Below are positions 25,075 through 39,200 of a stretch of DNA of 64,000 bases, piece by piece. Source of the DNA: Flaccisagitta enflata (Eukaryota); assembly GCA_965153355.1 (NCBI GenBank), contig OZ231126.1, positions 15,996,001 to 16,060,000 of the forward strand. The letters are read 5' to 3'. The stretch's first letter is position 1. The number at the start of each line of letters is the position of its first letter. The notes beneath the pieces are model-generated. The model did no database searches. It worked only from the letters and a program-made list of their open reading frames with translations, and was not told the origin of the DNA. The position numbers and the translations under genes are program-made.

Positions 25075-28000
25075 ATGCCACCGGTGAAAAGGAAATCGAT
25101 GGGACCCCCCGTCTTCGCGGGCGGGTAAGTTTCGGGCAATGGCCTCGGTCCTGCTTATCAGAATGCAGTGTTGCATGTTAAATGGCATTGATTCGTGTGA
25201 GCTGTGTATCGAATGGTGCTTTTGGGCAGCGGCCCCAAAGGGGCCGATGACCTAAGCTTTCACACATAGGGGAAATTTCTCCTTCTTCTCCTTCTCCTTC
25301 TCCTCCTTCTCCGTCCCCCCCCCCTCAAGGCCCAAATCCTAGTCTCGAGACCCAAATCCTAGCTTTGAGGCTCAAATCCCCGCTTCGAAGCTCAAATCCC
25401 CGCTTCGAAGCTCAAATCCCAGCCTTGAGACTCAAATCTCAGTCTCCAGGCTAAAATCCCAGCCTTGAGGCTCAAATCCCAGCCCTTAGGCTCAAATCCC
25501 AGTCTTAAGGCACAAATCCCAGCCTTGAAGCTCAAATCCTAGCCTCAAAGCTCAAATACCAGCTTCCAAGCTCAAATCCCTGCCCCGAAGCTCAAATCCC
25601 AACCTCAAAGCTCAAATCCCAGCCTCGAAGCTCAAATCTCAGCCTTGAAGCTGAAATCCCAGCCACGAAGCTCAAATCCCAGCCTCAAGGCCCTAATCCA
25701 AGCCTTGAGGCCCCAATTCCAGCCTCCAGGCCCTAATCCCAGCCTCCAGGCCCTGATCCATCCTTGAGGCCTAAATAAAAACAGCATAGGTCATCGGCCC
25801 CTTTGGGGCCGCTGCCCCTTTAACCACCTCACACTCACATACACTCACATAGGGGCAACGGGTACCGCTGACCATTTAACGCTTTTGCGACTATTTAGGT
25901 TGCTTTATGTGCTTCAGACCAATTTTCTGTCGCCTGGACATCCACAGTCCCATGGAAAATCGTGAATCATCGATTTATGTGTGCTTGTCCTCTTATTGCT
26001 ACGACTTCTACCAAAAAAAAAAAAATATTAAACTGACTTTGCACCCTCCACAATTCTACCCATGACTTCACATTAGGTCCCCAGACGAGTCGTCGTTGGA
26101 CATGTCTTTGAGTCAAGGAGACGCCGACATCCAGGAAAATGACGACGCGGCGGAGAGGCGCGCCAGGCGGAAGTCCAAACTCGTCAACCAACTCGACTCG
26201 GAACGATCCGTACTCGAAGGCGGCAGTCCGTCCAGAAAAAGACCCGCTAAAAGTGAGTCGTTTCAAGATGAAAGTATGTGATGACATGAAATTGGTCCGA
26301 GTGTGCGCAGAACTGCGCATTTGTCCTCAGTCATTGTCGCATGCGTAAGTAAAACATTCTTGACGAGACCTATCCGCTAATTTTGCTTCTTTTGGATATG
26401 CTTTTGGCGCGGAAAAAAAAACAGATTCGACGGGACGCAGTTTAAGCAGAGAAAGTCCCGGGGAAAGCGAGTCAGGTCTCTCACTCTTCTTGCTTCTCAT
26501 CGAGATTCAGTTGAGATGTTTAGAACCTTTTTGTCAGTGTAGACGTGTAGAACCTTATTGTCAGTGATAACTCTGTCAATTCAGACTCCGATCCAGAACC
26601 AAACAGACCCGGCCCATCTAGTTCCACAAGCGGTCATCTTACCTCTGGGAAAAGTTAGTAAAACACTATGTGGTCTTTGTTTCCCACTCTATTCATTGAT
26701 TTTATTGGCTTGATTGCCGTGGTTAGGAAGATAACTGACAGTTGAGTTGGTCATCTATGTACTCTCATCTCCATCCAGAACCACAAAGACCCTTTCCCGC
26801 GTCGAGCAGTCACTCAATTCCAGAAAAGCCTCCTGGGAAACGTGGGTGGAATTTCCTATTTTCATCTGATTTAATCATTCTCGCTTTCAAGAAAGAAAGA
26901 TGCGTGGGATTGAAGAGAAAGTTCGGATCGAATTCGTTATAATTGCTCGGGTAGGGTAGCTAAGGGTGGGAGGGGTGGGGCCCACGGGGGGGGGAAAATC
27001 CACCCGTCGCCCCACCCCTCCCACCCTTCGGTTGAATTTCCCCACCCCTCGCATCAACAGACTACCCCTACTTTCACTTGCCCACCCCACGATGTCATCT
27101 CAATTAATCTCTATTACCCCTACCCCTCGATCCACCCCTACCCCTCGATCTACCCCTCGATCCACCCTTACCCCTCGATCCACCCCTACCCCTCAATCCA
27201 CCCCTACCCATCGATCCACCCCTACCCATCGACCTGTCAATCAAGAAATCGATCATTTAACATAGAATCACAGCTTCCATATTTCACCATTTGATGGCTA
27301 ATCGCTTTTCCTTTGGCGTCTTGAAGATTTTATTTGTGCCTCCATCACCCTCATTCGACGATCAATGTAGTCAACAGCTTTTACAAGTTTTTGCCAGGAA
27401 TCCAAGTTGAGGATGATCCCACGCTCTCCTTTGAATTTCTTGTTCACATCGAGGTAACACTTTCGCAAATCAATTTCGTTGGTGAGCTGAATAAGACATG
27501 AGCAAATTTCAAAATCTGCCAACAGCAAAGTGAAACACTGTCTGTGGCAATGTGAGACTGAAATCCTTCACCTAATACAGCCACTAACCCTAAACCCAAC
27601 ACAGCCCCTAGCCCTAAACCCAACACAGCCGCTAACCCAAAACCCAACACGGCCCCTAGCCCTAAACCCAACACAGCCCTTAGCCCTAAACCCAACACAG
27701 CCCCTAGCCCTAAACCCAACACAGCCCCTAGCCCTAAACCCAACACAGCCGCTAGCCCTAAACCCAACACAGCCCCTAGCCTTAAACTCAACACAGCCCC
27801 TAGCCCTAACCCAAATACAGCCCCTAGCCCTAACCCCAACACAGCCCGTAGCCCTAAACCCAACACAGCCGCTAACCCTAAACCCAACATAGCCCCTAGC
27901 CCTAAACTCAACACAGCCGCTAACCCTAATCCCAACACAGCCCCTAGCCCTAAACCCAACACAGACGCTAACCCTAAACCCAACACACCCCCTAGCCCTA

Positions 28001-31000
28001 AACCCAACACAGCCGCTAATCCAAAACCCAACACAGCCCCTAGCCCTAAACCCAACACAGCCCCTAGCCCTAAACCCAACAGCCCCTAACCCTAAACCCA
28101 ACACAGCCCCTAACCGTAAACCCAACACAGCCCCTAAACCTAACACAGCCCCTAGCCCTAAACCCAACACAGCCCCTAGCCCTAAACCTAACTCAGCCCC
28201 TAGCCCTAAACCCAACACAACCCCTAACCCTAAACCCAGCACAGCCCCTAACCCTAATGTTATGGGTACGCTTATGCCCTTACGTGCCGTTATGATTATC
28301 ATTGTCATTGTTATTACTGTTACCGTCATTATCCATTGTCATTTACTGTCATTATGACTGTCTTCCCGAATCATTCATTGGTTTACCGGATGGGTTCTCT
28401 AATACTAAACGACCCCTAATACCAAACCCATCACAGCCCCCAACCCTAAACCCAACACAGCACCTAACCCTAAACCCAACACAGCCCCTAACCCTAAACC
28501 CAACACAGCCCCTAACCCTAAACCCAACACAGCCCCTAACCCTAAACCCAACACAGCCCCTAACCCTAAACCCAACACAGCCCCTAACCCTAAACCCAAC
28601 ACAGCCCCTAACCCTAAACCCAAAACAGCCCCTAACCCTAAACCCAAAACAGCCCCTAACCCAATCCCTAACTCTAAGCTCAACCCAACCCCTAAACTCA
28701 ACCCAATCCCTAACCTCAACCCAATCCCTAACCCTAGACTCAACTTAATCTCTAACCCTTACCTCTACTCAATCCCTAACCCTTAACTCGAATTAATCCA
28801 TAACCCTTAACACGACTTAATCCCTAACCCTTAACTCGACTTAATCTTTAACCCATAACTAGACTTAATCCCTAACCCTTACCTCGACTTAATCCCTAAC
28901 CCTTAACTCAACCCAAGTTGTAACCCTAAACTCAACGCAATCCCTAAACCTAAGCCGTCAACCCAATCCCTAAACCTTAACTCAACCCAATCCCTAAACC
29001 TAAACTCAACCCAATCCTTAACCCTAAACTCAACCCAATATCTAACCTTTAACTCAACCAGTTCTCAACCCCACAATTACCTCCATTTTACTGAAACCAT
29101 CTCACCTTGTTACGGAAAAGATGTTTTGCGAAGATCAGGAATTTGTTACCACCCAAGACCACTCGTTCTTGGTTTAAAGAATCGCGATTGTCCGTGTGAA
29201 TGGTTGTAGGCCCGTCGCTGTCGTCGTCCTTGATCGCAGGAGTCGGAAGAAGAGAGATAATCGATGTCGAATGCCGGCGGTGTTGGTGAGAGGATGGGTA
29301 CTGTTGTCAAGAGGAGTTGTCCACGATCATCAAAGGTTGAGAGAGAGTCTCAGTTCTATCGGCGGACCTCGGATTCGCTGACCGGCGCTCAGGCTACCGA
29401 TGGCGCAGATGAAATGGCGCAGATCGATTTGCTACCAATGAAATATCACAAATCGGGTGACAATGGATCTTAAATAGGACGTATAGAAAAGGCTAGTACA
29501 AACTGATGCATATCTCTAGCGGACCTATGATGAAAAAGAGCGATATCAAAATGCACATCAAATCAATCAGTCAATCAATGACGAATGAAAAAGAAGCTGG
29601 AATCAATGAGAAATCATGATATAGAAATGTCTATGAATACGGAGATATATTTGCTGCCATCAGCAGACAGTCCTATTCTTCACAAGTCCGTGCACTATAT
29701 CGATTGAGAGTCAGAATCATCATCGTTTTCATTCATCGTCTTCCCCGATCATTTGTCGTTTCATTCATCATCTTCTTCCATTCATCGTTCACTTTACAGC
29801 TTTAAAGAATCATTGACAGACAATGTATACTAAATCTTTGGGGTCATGATTACACGACTGAACGAAGCAAACCGAAGCGAAGAGAAGAGAAGCAAATAAG
29901 AAGTTGAAGATTGATGTAAATTATCCGCAGCCATCTTATCTATACTATGCAACTAAAAGGTCTGAAATAGAATAAACAAGTGAAAAGGAACAAGGCCATG
30001 TCTCGACGGATGTGTGCGCCTGAACGATTATGAATGCATGCATGCGTTTTGAATGAATGAATGAAGGACGGAAGGAAGGAAGGAAGGAAGGAAGGAAGGA
30101 AGGAAGGAAGGAAGGAAGGAAGGAATGAATGAGCGTTATGAATGAATGAGCGTTATGAATGAATGATAAACCGAACAAATTTAGGCACACGATAGATCTA
30201 GATCTAAAGCACCAAGAACGCGAACGGAGAAATTTGAGGAAAATAATTCCTCGTCTTTAATCCCAAAGCGATATCCAGCAGAAGATGTTGAGAGTGACCA
30301 CCATGACCTGAAAGTAAAAGAAATGAACCATGCCTTCCATCCACCCATCGACCCACCCCTACCCCTCGACCCACCCCAACCCCTCGACCCACCCCTACCC
30401 CTCGACCCACCCCTACCCCTCGGCCTACCCCTACCTACCCCTCGGCCCACCCCTACCCCTCAGCCCACCCCTACCTACCCCTCGATCCACTTCCCACCCG
30501 TCGATTTAATTTCCCACCCCTCGACCTACCCCTCGGATTAGATTCCCACCCATCGCTACCCCTACATAATTCCATCCACCCGTCGGATTTTGCCCACCCC
30601 TCGCTACCCCTCACTACCCCACACGAGCACTTATAACGAATTTTAACCGAAAGGTCTTTAGCTTTAGTGGCAATTGTGCATTTGTTTTCCTTTCATCAGA
30701 TATCCCATGTTAATCTAAGTCGTTTTTGTAGTAAATATTGTCGTTTGAATTTCTTTTGAAATTAAATATTATTTCTTCCTCCTTCCCCCTCCTCTCCCCC
30801 GCAACAACCCCTGCCTCTCCATCGCAGCCGCGCCGGCTTCGAATGCTATGTCCCACGCCCAATTGGCGGAACATTACTCCGATTGCATCAAGCTCAGCAG
30901 CGAGAACAAAATCAACAAGAAAAACGCTTTCGCCCTCAACCTCATCGATTACATGCGTGACATTCTCCAGAAGAATGGCAACAGTTTTCAAATGGCCAGT

Positions 31001-33175
31001 GCATCCTTGGATGCCAGGTGAGATTTTAAACGCAATTTCATCAATTTCAAACGCAATTTCATCCACTGCATTTGAGTTAGGACGAGCTGTTGAATTTATG
31101 TCTGAAGAAGTTCAGTCTGACGCTTTCCACAAGGGTGTTATAAAACTATCAAAGGTTTTATTGCGAGGCAGTCAGCCATATCGCATTTTTGGGAGGAATC
31201 TGCAAACGTTAGGCCCTAGAGTCTAAACTCAATTTGAGAGTTTTCACGCTTCAAATCCCATCTTTCTCTTCTGAATCCTCAGCGCGAAAATCTATTCGTG
31301 TCGCGTCGACAACGTTTGGGACACGACGAATCAAATGATGGTAAACTTGGTATCCAACAATAAAAAGCAGCAAAAGGGCGGGCCGGAAGACGCCGACGAC
31401 GTAACGGGCGCCGACGGCGTCAGCGGCATGGACGATATGTCGCAGGGCGGCGACGATGGCGCCGAGGACGAAACCAACGTCGACGGCACCTCCAAACTGA
31501 AAAAGAAAAAGAAAGTGCGAAAGGGCAAAACGATCGAGACCAATTTAAATAACATTCGCGTGACGCATTTCGAAACCAATTTCGAGAAAGACCCTCTCTT
31601 TCAAATTTTGAGCGAATCTTTCGACTCTGGCACCGGCGGTTTGCTTCTCAATCATCTCCACAGCGTCGACGACTCCAACTCCCTACTACTCGACTCGAAC
31701 GCCGTACGGGACCGCGAGAAGGAACGCGGCCGCGCCGCCGCTTGCGCCGAGGCCACGTGCGCCGCCCGCGAAGACTTGTTCGACGTCAGTCAGTTGGCCG
31801 ATCGGTTCGTTTGTCCCTCGTTAAAGACGTTTAAATTCGGCCGATCGGGACTCGAAGAGGACGGAGACGAATCCGTTTTGTCGCAAATCATGTCCAGTAG
31901 TCAACAGAAGGCGGCCAACGCGCGAGAAGGAGACGAGGACATTGAGAAACACGCCTTTGATATGGACGCTGAACCGGAACCCGTCGAGGATGATATCGCG
32001 CCCATGGACGACGTTGTGGGACCGCTCGATTACGACGATGACGGTGGAGGAGGCGGCGGCGAAGACGAAGATGGAGAACCGATGGACATCAGAGTGGGTA
32101 AGAAGTGTCACTATTTAGGGTTGTTTAGTTTGGTTTAGAATTGAGTTTGGAGGACGAGGTTCATCAAGATGTCCAGAGGAGATTTATCCTGTCGCATTTG
32201 CATCGCTGAAACGCTCTTGTCATTTCTTAACATTTGATTGGTTTCAGGCACAAACGACGCTCAAATCAACATCGGCACGTCCTTTATGAGTCAGTCTGGA
32301 GCTGACTTGACGAACCTTTCCATCCTGTCTCAAACTCTGGTCAACTCGATCGATCAACTCAATGAGTTCTCTTACTTCAAGAGTGATAAACTAAAATTGT
32401 GGATGGGACCGGATCGGTGGAAACCTTTAAGTCTTGGAGCCATGAGACCTAAAACGGCGCAGGTGATTGAGATAGGCGTGGCCTTTTAGTTATTCCTGTT
32501 CAGTATTCCCCCTTAACAACTTAAAAATGAATATTGATTATCTTCGATATTCCATGTCGCATCTGATTGATTCCTATGATTTTCAGATGATGGCGGATCT
32601 TCAAAAGAAGAGAAAGGAGAAAGAAAAATTCGTCCTATCCTACGCGGAAGATACCTCGAAATCGGATCAGGGTACGCCGGTAAGTAATAAGTATCATTTG
32701 GAGTGACTATGCTTTGTCCTAATTAATCCTTCATTTGTCATCGAGCAACAAAGTTTTCATCCGTCCCTCTCTCAGATACCTCCCGATAACTTGGATATGT
32801 GGAACCTTTCATTGAAAAAGTCTAGAGCTGCCACAGAAACTTCTCAAATCACCCTTCGGAAGTGGCGCGAGGTAAGACCGGCAGCCGGATGTCGTGGTTT
32901 GCGTCTGATCTTTCACTGTTGATATTTTTGCGCGAAGCCTATGTAAATGAACATGCAGTGATAAAGTTCCTTTTGCATTTTAGTTGGCAAGTATTTTGTA
33001 AACTTGTGTATTTTTCACTTTTTGTTGCACTTATCATTGTACTAATGATTTCTTGTTCCATGCTGTTGCCATGCAGGATGTCGGCAAAAACCAGCTCGAA
33101 TCATTTCTCACGGAGGACCATCTCAAAGGTACAGACAGAGCTCTCTCTCTCTCACTCACTCACTCACTCACTCAC

Positions 33176-33256
<81 letters not shown>

Positions 33257-36200
33257 ATTTGCATATTGTTGTATCCGTTTAATTGTTCTTATACAAAATT
33301 TCATCACCTTTCTTAAAAATTTCATGATTGGGCATCGTAAAGTAACTGAGCTCGCTTGATCCGAAATTTTTTGTCCCCGACGAACAGTTTTCGTCGGTGG
33401 ACTATGTGATGGACCTGATCGTGTAGTCTGTCGTCTGTTTGTCTGTTTGTTTAAAACCCTCTCATATTTTTGGAACCAGACTTCAGAATTTGATGAAACT
33501 TTGCTGGTGTTGTTTATAGGTCAATAGGAGCTTGTGTACCAATTTTCAAAAAAATTCATTAACTTTTACTACCCTTTGCCTATTATTTTTATTTTTATAG
33601 TAATATTTAGCTGGGACTTAGGTTGCATGAGTTTTATGTAGGATGAATTGTTGCTCATGTCACGTAGGTAGAGGGTAGTAAAGGTTAATGATTTTTTTTT
33701 TTTAATTTGGTATACAAGTAAAGGGTACTAAATAAACAACCCCCGCAAAATTCGAATTAAATCTGAAGTTTGGTTTATGAGATATTAGCTTATTTATGTA
33801 GTAGTATGTTGCTAGGACTTAAGCAATTTACATAGGCAAAGGGTAGTAAAGGTATGTGAATTTTTTTCTAATTTGGTATACAAGTAGAGGGTAATAAATA
33901 AATAACCCCTGCAGAATTCGAATTAAATCTGAAGTCTGGTTTATGAGATATTAGCTTATTTATGTAGTAATATGTTCAGGGGTGTATAATGTTGAGTGGC
34001 ATTTGATTTTATTCCCCCCCCTGCGTTTGATTTTCTTCCCCGCGACGCGTCGCGTCGCGTTAAAAAATCAGTGATTTTTTCACCCTCAAAGCTATAAAAC
34101 AGTATATTTTAGGTTTTAATAGTGTTAAATTGTGTTGTAGTAATTACATTTTACCCTTTAGTACTGCTAAAAGTGTTAAATCTTCAAAAAATTTCTTTTT
34201 TCTTTTTTTCAAGCTTTTGATTTTCTTCCCCATCTCCAAACCATTTGATTTTATTCCCCCCCCCCACCGGGGGGGGGGGGAATACTCAACATTATACACG
34301 CCTGAATATGTTACTATGACTTTGGCAGTTTACATAGGCAAAGGGTAGCAAAGTTATATGAATTCTTTTTTAATTTGGTATACAATTAAAGGATATTAAT
34401 TGAACTGCCCCTGCAAAATTTGAATTAAATCAGAAGTCTTGTTTATAAGATACTAGCTTAATGATGTAGTAATATGTTACTAGGACTTAAGCGATTTGTA
34501 TAGAGGATTGGAGTTGATGAATTTTTTTACTTGCTCATTTATTTCATTCTGATTTTTCTTTAGGTTTGCCATCATGGATTTCAAGATTCATCTTCAACTA
34601 CTGTCATCATCTTCAACTACTGTCATCATCTTCGACTACTGTCATCATCTTCGACTACTGTCATCATCTTCTACTGCTGTCATCATCTTCAACTACTGTT
34701 ATCATCTTCAACTACTGTCATCATCTTCAACTACTGTCATCATCTTCAACTGCTGTCATCATCTTCAACTGCTGTCATCATCTTCAACTACTGTCATCAT
34801 TTTCAACTACTGTCATCATTTTCAACTACTGTCATCATTTTCAACTACTGTCATCATTTTCAACTACTGTCATCATCTTCAACTACTGTCATCATCTTCA
34901 TCTACTATCATCATCCTCGACTACTGTCATCATCTTCGACGACTTAATTTTTTTTTTTTTTAATTTTTGAAAATATTTTTTAAAAATTTTTGAAAATTTT
35001 TTTTGAAATTTTTTTTTGAAATTTTTTTCAAAAAAATTTTTTTTATTTTGAATTTTTTTTTTGAAAATTTTTAAAAACTTTTCAAAATTTTTTAAAATTT
35101 TTTTTTGAAAATTTTGTTTAAATTTTTTTTGACATTTTTTTTTTTTGAAAATTTTTTTTTTGAAAATCTTTTAAATATTTTTTCTAAGATTTTTGTTGTT
35201 ATTATCATTCATTGTTATCATCATCATTCACTATTGTTATCATTATCAAGTTATGTCATCATTAAAACAATATTGAAAATTTTTTTTGCTTGAAATTGCT
35301 GTCTTGTCGTGTATCTCATCGAGTTGCGTTTACGCAACGAGAAAGCTTCAAAAATTACAGTCCCCAGTCGGGGACTGTAAATTTGAAGCTTTTTTACTCT
35401 GAATTGAGTGAATCAAATATCGCTCCCTTCAAAGTGCATTATAAATGCTATTATTTTTTCCAATCAGTCTAACTATTATAAAAATTTTGGGTGATGCGCA
35501 TGTGATTGAAATGCCATATGGGATGGTTTTCCCACCATGTGCATTTTAGGCACCATCGCAGCGAGCAGCGCGATTGGTTCAGCGTGGTTATCCTCGCAGC
35601 TATTTATGGCCCTCTGTCTTGGTTCGACTGTAGGGTTTTCGCTTAATCTGCGGAAGGATTTGTTCGTTCAACGAAGTCGGACAAAACGCGACGCCGCCGC
35701 TGCCAACGTCGACGGTGGAATTGGCGACTACAATTACGACAACGCAAACGACAATAACGATTTTGTTCCAGGTTTGTAACGTCAAATTCTGATGTGGTCC
35801 AAAAGTTTTGAGGCGAAGTTAAAGAAGTAAAACAATTCATTACTCTCGGTTATGCCGTCGGTGCTGAGCTGAAGCAACTCAATTCAATTTCCTTTTCTTT
35901 TATACAACAGCGATTAACGATAGCGGGAACAATTACGATGACGACGATGGAGGCGGAGGAGACGACATTGGAGGCGATGATATGGCATCTGCCGTCGATG
36001 CCTACGCCGATCTCGAGGAGCCTTTAGGTTTGTCACTGTTTGCTAATCTTCATCTTTTTGTCCTCGACGATCAGTTTACGTCGAGGACTATAACATAGCA
36101 CTGATCGTGTAGTGAGTCGTTGTGTGTTGTTGTTTGTTGTCGTGTCAACCCTTAAAAACTTGGGAACCAGTACTCAGATGTTGATGAAACTTGGTCAGTG

Positions 36201-39200
36201 TTATTTTTACAGCATTACTATCCTGTGTACCAACTTTCAACAACATTCATAAATATTTAATACCCTTTGCCTATTATTTTTGTAGTAATATTAATTCCTG
36301 GACTTGTGCAATTTACATAGGGGAAGGGTAGTAAAGGTTCACCAATGTTGTTCAAACTTGTTGTGAAGGTTTATTGCATCAATTAAAGCTCCCCTGCAAG
36401 ATTTCAGATAATTCTGAGTATTGGTTTAGAAGATATAAGGGTATTTTGCTAGTAATATTGATTCCTAGACTTGTGCAATTTACATAGGGGAATGGTAGTA
36501 AAGGTTCACCAATGTTGTTCAAACTTGTTGTGAAGGTTCATTGCATCAATTAAAGCTCCCCTGCAAGATTTCAGTAAATTCTGAGTATTGGTTAAGAAAA
36601 TATAAGGGTATTTATGATGTATCTAGTAACATTATTTCTTGGACTTAAGAATTTTTTTTTGCAAATAAAAATTTTTTTTTTTAAACCTTTTTTTTTTGAA
36701 AAAAAATTCTTTTTTTTTTTTGAAAAAAAAATTTTTTTATATTTTTTTTAAAAAATTTTTTTTTTTGAAAAAAATTTTTTTTTCTTTTTGAAAATTTTTT
36801 TTCTTTTTTTTGACTTTAAGGTATGCAATTGGTAGCGGGGTCAGACTGGGTAGCCGGGTCAGACTGGGTAGCCGGGTCAGACTGGGTAGCTGGGTCAGAC
36901 TGAGTAGCCGGGTCAGACTGAGTAGCCGGGTCAGACTGAGTAGCTGGGTCAGACTGAGTAGCCGGGTCAGACTGAGTAGCCGGGTCAGACTGAGTAGCCG
37001 GGTCAGACTGAGTAGCCGGGTCAGACTGAGTAGCCGGGTCAGACTGAGTAGCCGGGTCAGACTGAGTAGCCGGGTCAGACTGAGTAGCCGGGTCAGACTG
37101 AGTAGCCGGGTCAGACTGAGTAGCCGGGTCAGACTGAGTAGCCTGGTCGGACACCAAATAGACTACAGTCGAGGACTGTTGTTTTTAAGCTTTTTTTTTT
37201 TTTTTTTTTTTGCCACACCAGTACAGGATTGGAACACTAGATATGACTGAAATGAACATAAAATTTGATTCTTTGTAATGGCGAAATGATTTTCTGTGGA
37301 TATAAAAAAAAATTGCATCTTGAATGTATGACTAAGGTTGTCCCCATGTTAAAATCATCCTGTTCGTCGTTTTTCTCCCTCCTACAGGAAACTTGGAAGA
37401 GTTTGGTGGCCCGTCTCAGGCAGGTTTCGCAGCCGCTTTCACTCAAGAAAATCTGATCGCGGCCCCGAATCAAGTCGCCGCCTTAGACATCGCTTACGCG
37501 AAACAGGTAAATACGTTTTTCTTTGTTTTATGGATGGCCATGTCTTAAAAGAAAACATCCTGTGTGCTTGCGTATCCGAACACACACACAAACAAACAAA
37601 CACACACACAACAGAACATATAACCAACAAACTATAAACAACATAAAAATTAACGAATAACCAGTAAACAACCTACAAAAAAAAACAATAAACAAACCAA
37701 TCAATCAACCAACCAACAAACCAGAAAATTAACAAAAAAAAACCAAAAAAACAGACGCAACACAACACAAACAAACAAATACTCAATTACATAAGAAAAC
37801 AAAGACAATGGCACAAGAAAACAAACACAAACACAAAAAAAAGAAGAAATAACCAACACCAAAATAGAATTGAAACTCATGATAACTAGGCCGGGTACAC
37901 GGCTACCCCATTCGCGTGCGGGTGGGCAGGGGCCATATTTGAGGTCACCACACCATTTGGGCAGGGGCAGTAGGGTCAAAGAATAAAAATCATAAAAAAA
38001 GTTTGTGACAGACAGACAGACGATCGACCGACCGACAAAGCGGGATGTAGAGTCGCGCAGCACACGACTAAAAACTCAAAAGAACAAGGCCGGATACACG
38101 GCCAATACCAGTCGCGGACGGGTGGGCAGGGGCGGAAATGCGCGTTTTCACACTTTCCAACTCGATCACCACGGACCGACCAACCAACCGACCAACCAAC
38201 GGACGGACGGACGGACGGACGGACGGACAAAGCCTCTTATAGAGTCGCTTGTCCGCGACTAAAAATATGCAAAACGGTAACATGCGAAGAGAAACACAAT
38301 ACACCAAAAACACAATACACCAAAAACACAGCCACCCGAACACAAAGATTAAGAAAGTTAGCAAAAACACTAACAACAAGGCCGCATACACGGCCAATAC
38401 CAGTCGCGGACGGGTGGGCAGGGGCGGAAATGCGCGTTTTCACACTTTCCAACTCAATCACCACGGACCGACCAACCGACCAACCGACCGACCGACCAAC
38501 CAACGGACGAACAAAGCCTCTTATAGAGTCGCTTGTCCGCTACTAAAAATAAAGACACCAGGTATCGTTCAATAACAAGATAAATTTTCTGATTCAGCCA
38601 TTCTGAGATAAACATCTTTTGACAATCAATCTTCGCTATTCAGGCAAAGAAGATCGACATCAAACGGCTAAAAGGTACTTTTTGGCGCATTTTGGCCTCC
38701 ACGGACGCGCCTAACACGACGTTGAACGCCACCGTCGAAGGCGAAGCGCCGAAAACGCTTTCGTCCGAAGCCGTCGGCAGACACTCCTTCCACAAAACCA
38801 TCGCCGCCGCAAAGTCACTACTCCCACCTTCCATGGCAGAAAATCTCAGGTTGGTGGAGTTTGAGTTGAGTGAAGGAAGCAGTAAGATCAAATTAAGTTG
38901 AGACGGCTGTGCAAACATTACAGTTGCAATAAAAATACAATGTAAGGAGCCACAAAATCTCTAGCAACCCCCCCTGCAGCTTTTACTATGAATGTAACAG
39001 AGGTGAGTGAAGTGATAAATGCTAGTATACCTCAAATAAAGGCGATTTTTGATTTTTTTCATTGTACCTCTTTAAGTAGAATGAATAGCTGATAAACAAA
39101 ATCAGTACCTTTGGAGAACAACACCGAGTCGCGTGTGGTGGGGAAGCGGAGTAAAAACGCGAGGTTTAACTTTCGTCTCTAGCGTCCCCAATCGACGGAC

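Larger units (their letters stand above)
26935..30638. mobile_element. 3.7-kb TIR-bounded non-autonomous DNA transposon (AATT flanks, CGTTATAA(T/G)TGCTCG termini) carrying a PC4-like gene and satellite DNA
   Basis: Left end AATT|CGTTATAATTGCTCGGGTAGGGTAG and right end CTACCCCACACGAGCACTTATAACG|AATT form an imperfect IR of ~45 bp. 18-bp CACCCCTACCCCTCGA(T/C)C subterminal repeats lie at both ends (27115-27235, 30340-30490). Confidence 0.8.

Noticed and set aside
27444-29060. True telomere/chromosome fusion site, or a GLGLGAVL structural protein
   Set aside because: The unit is a 24-mer rather than pure (TTAGGG)n, has a single orientation, and lies inside a TIR element within an intact gene. 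The ORFs follow from the unit length being a multiple of 3.
36810-37157. SDPATQ / SSRVRL repeat ORFs
   Set aside because: This is an 18-bp array inside an intronic transposon, with no splice support.
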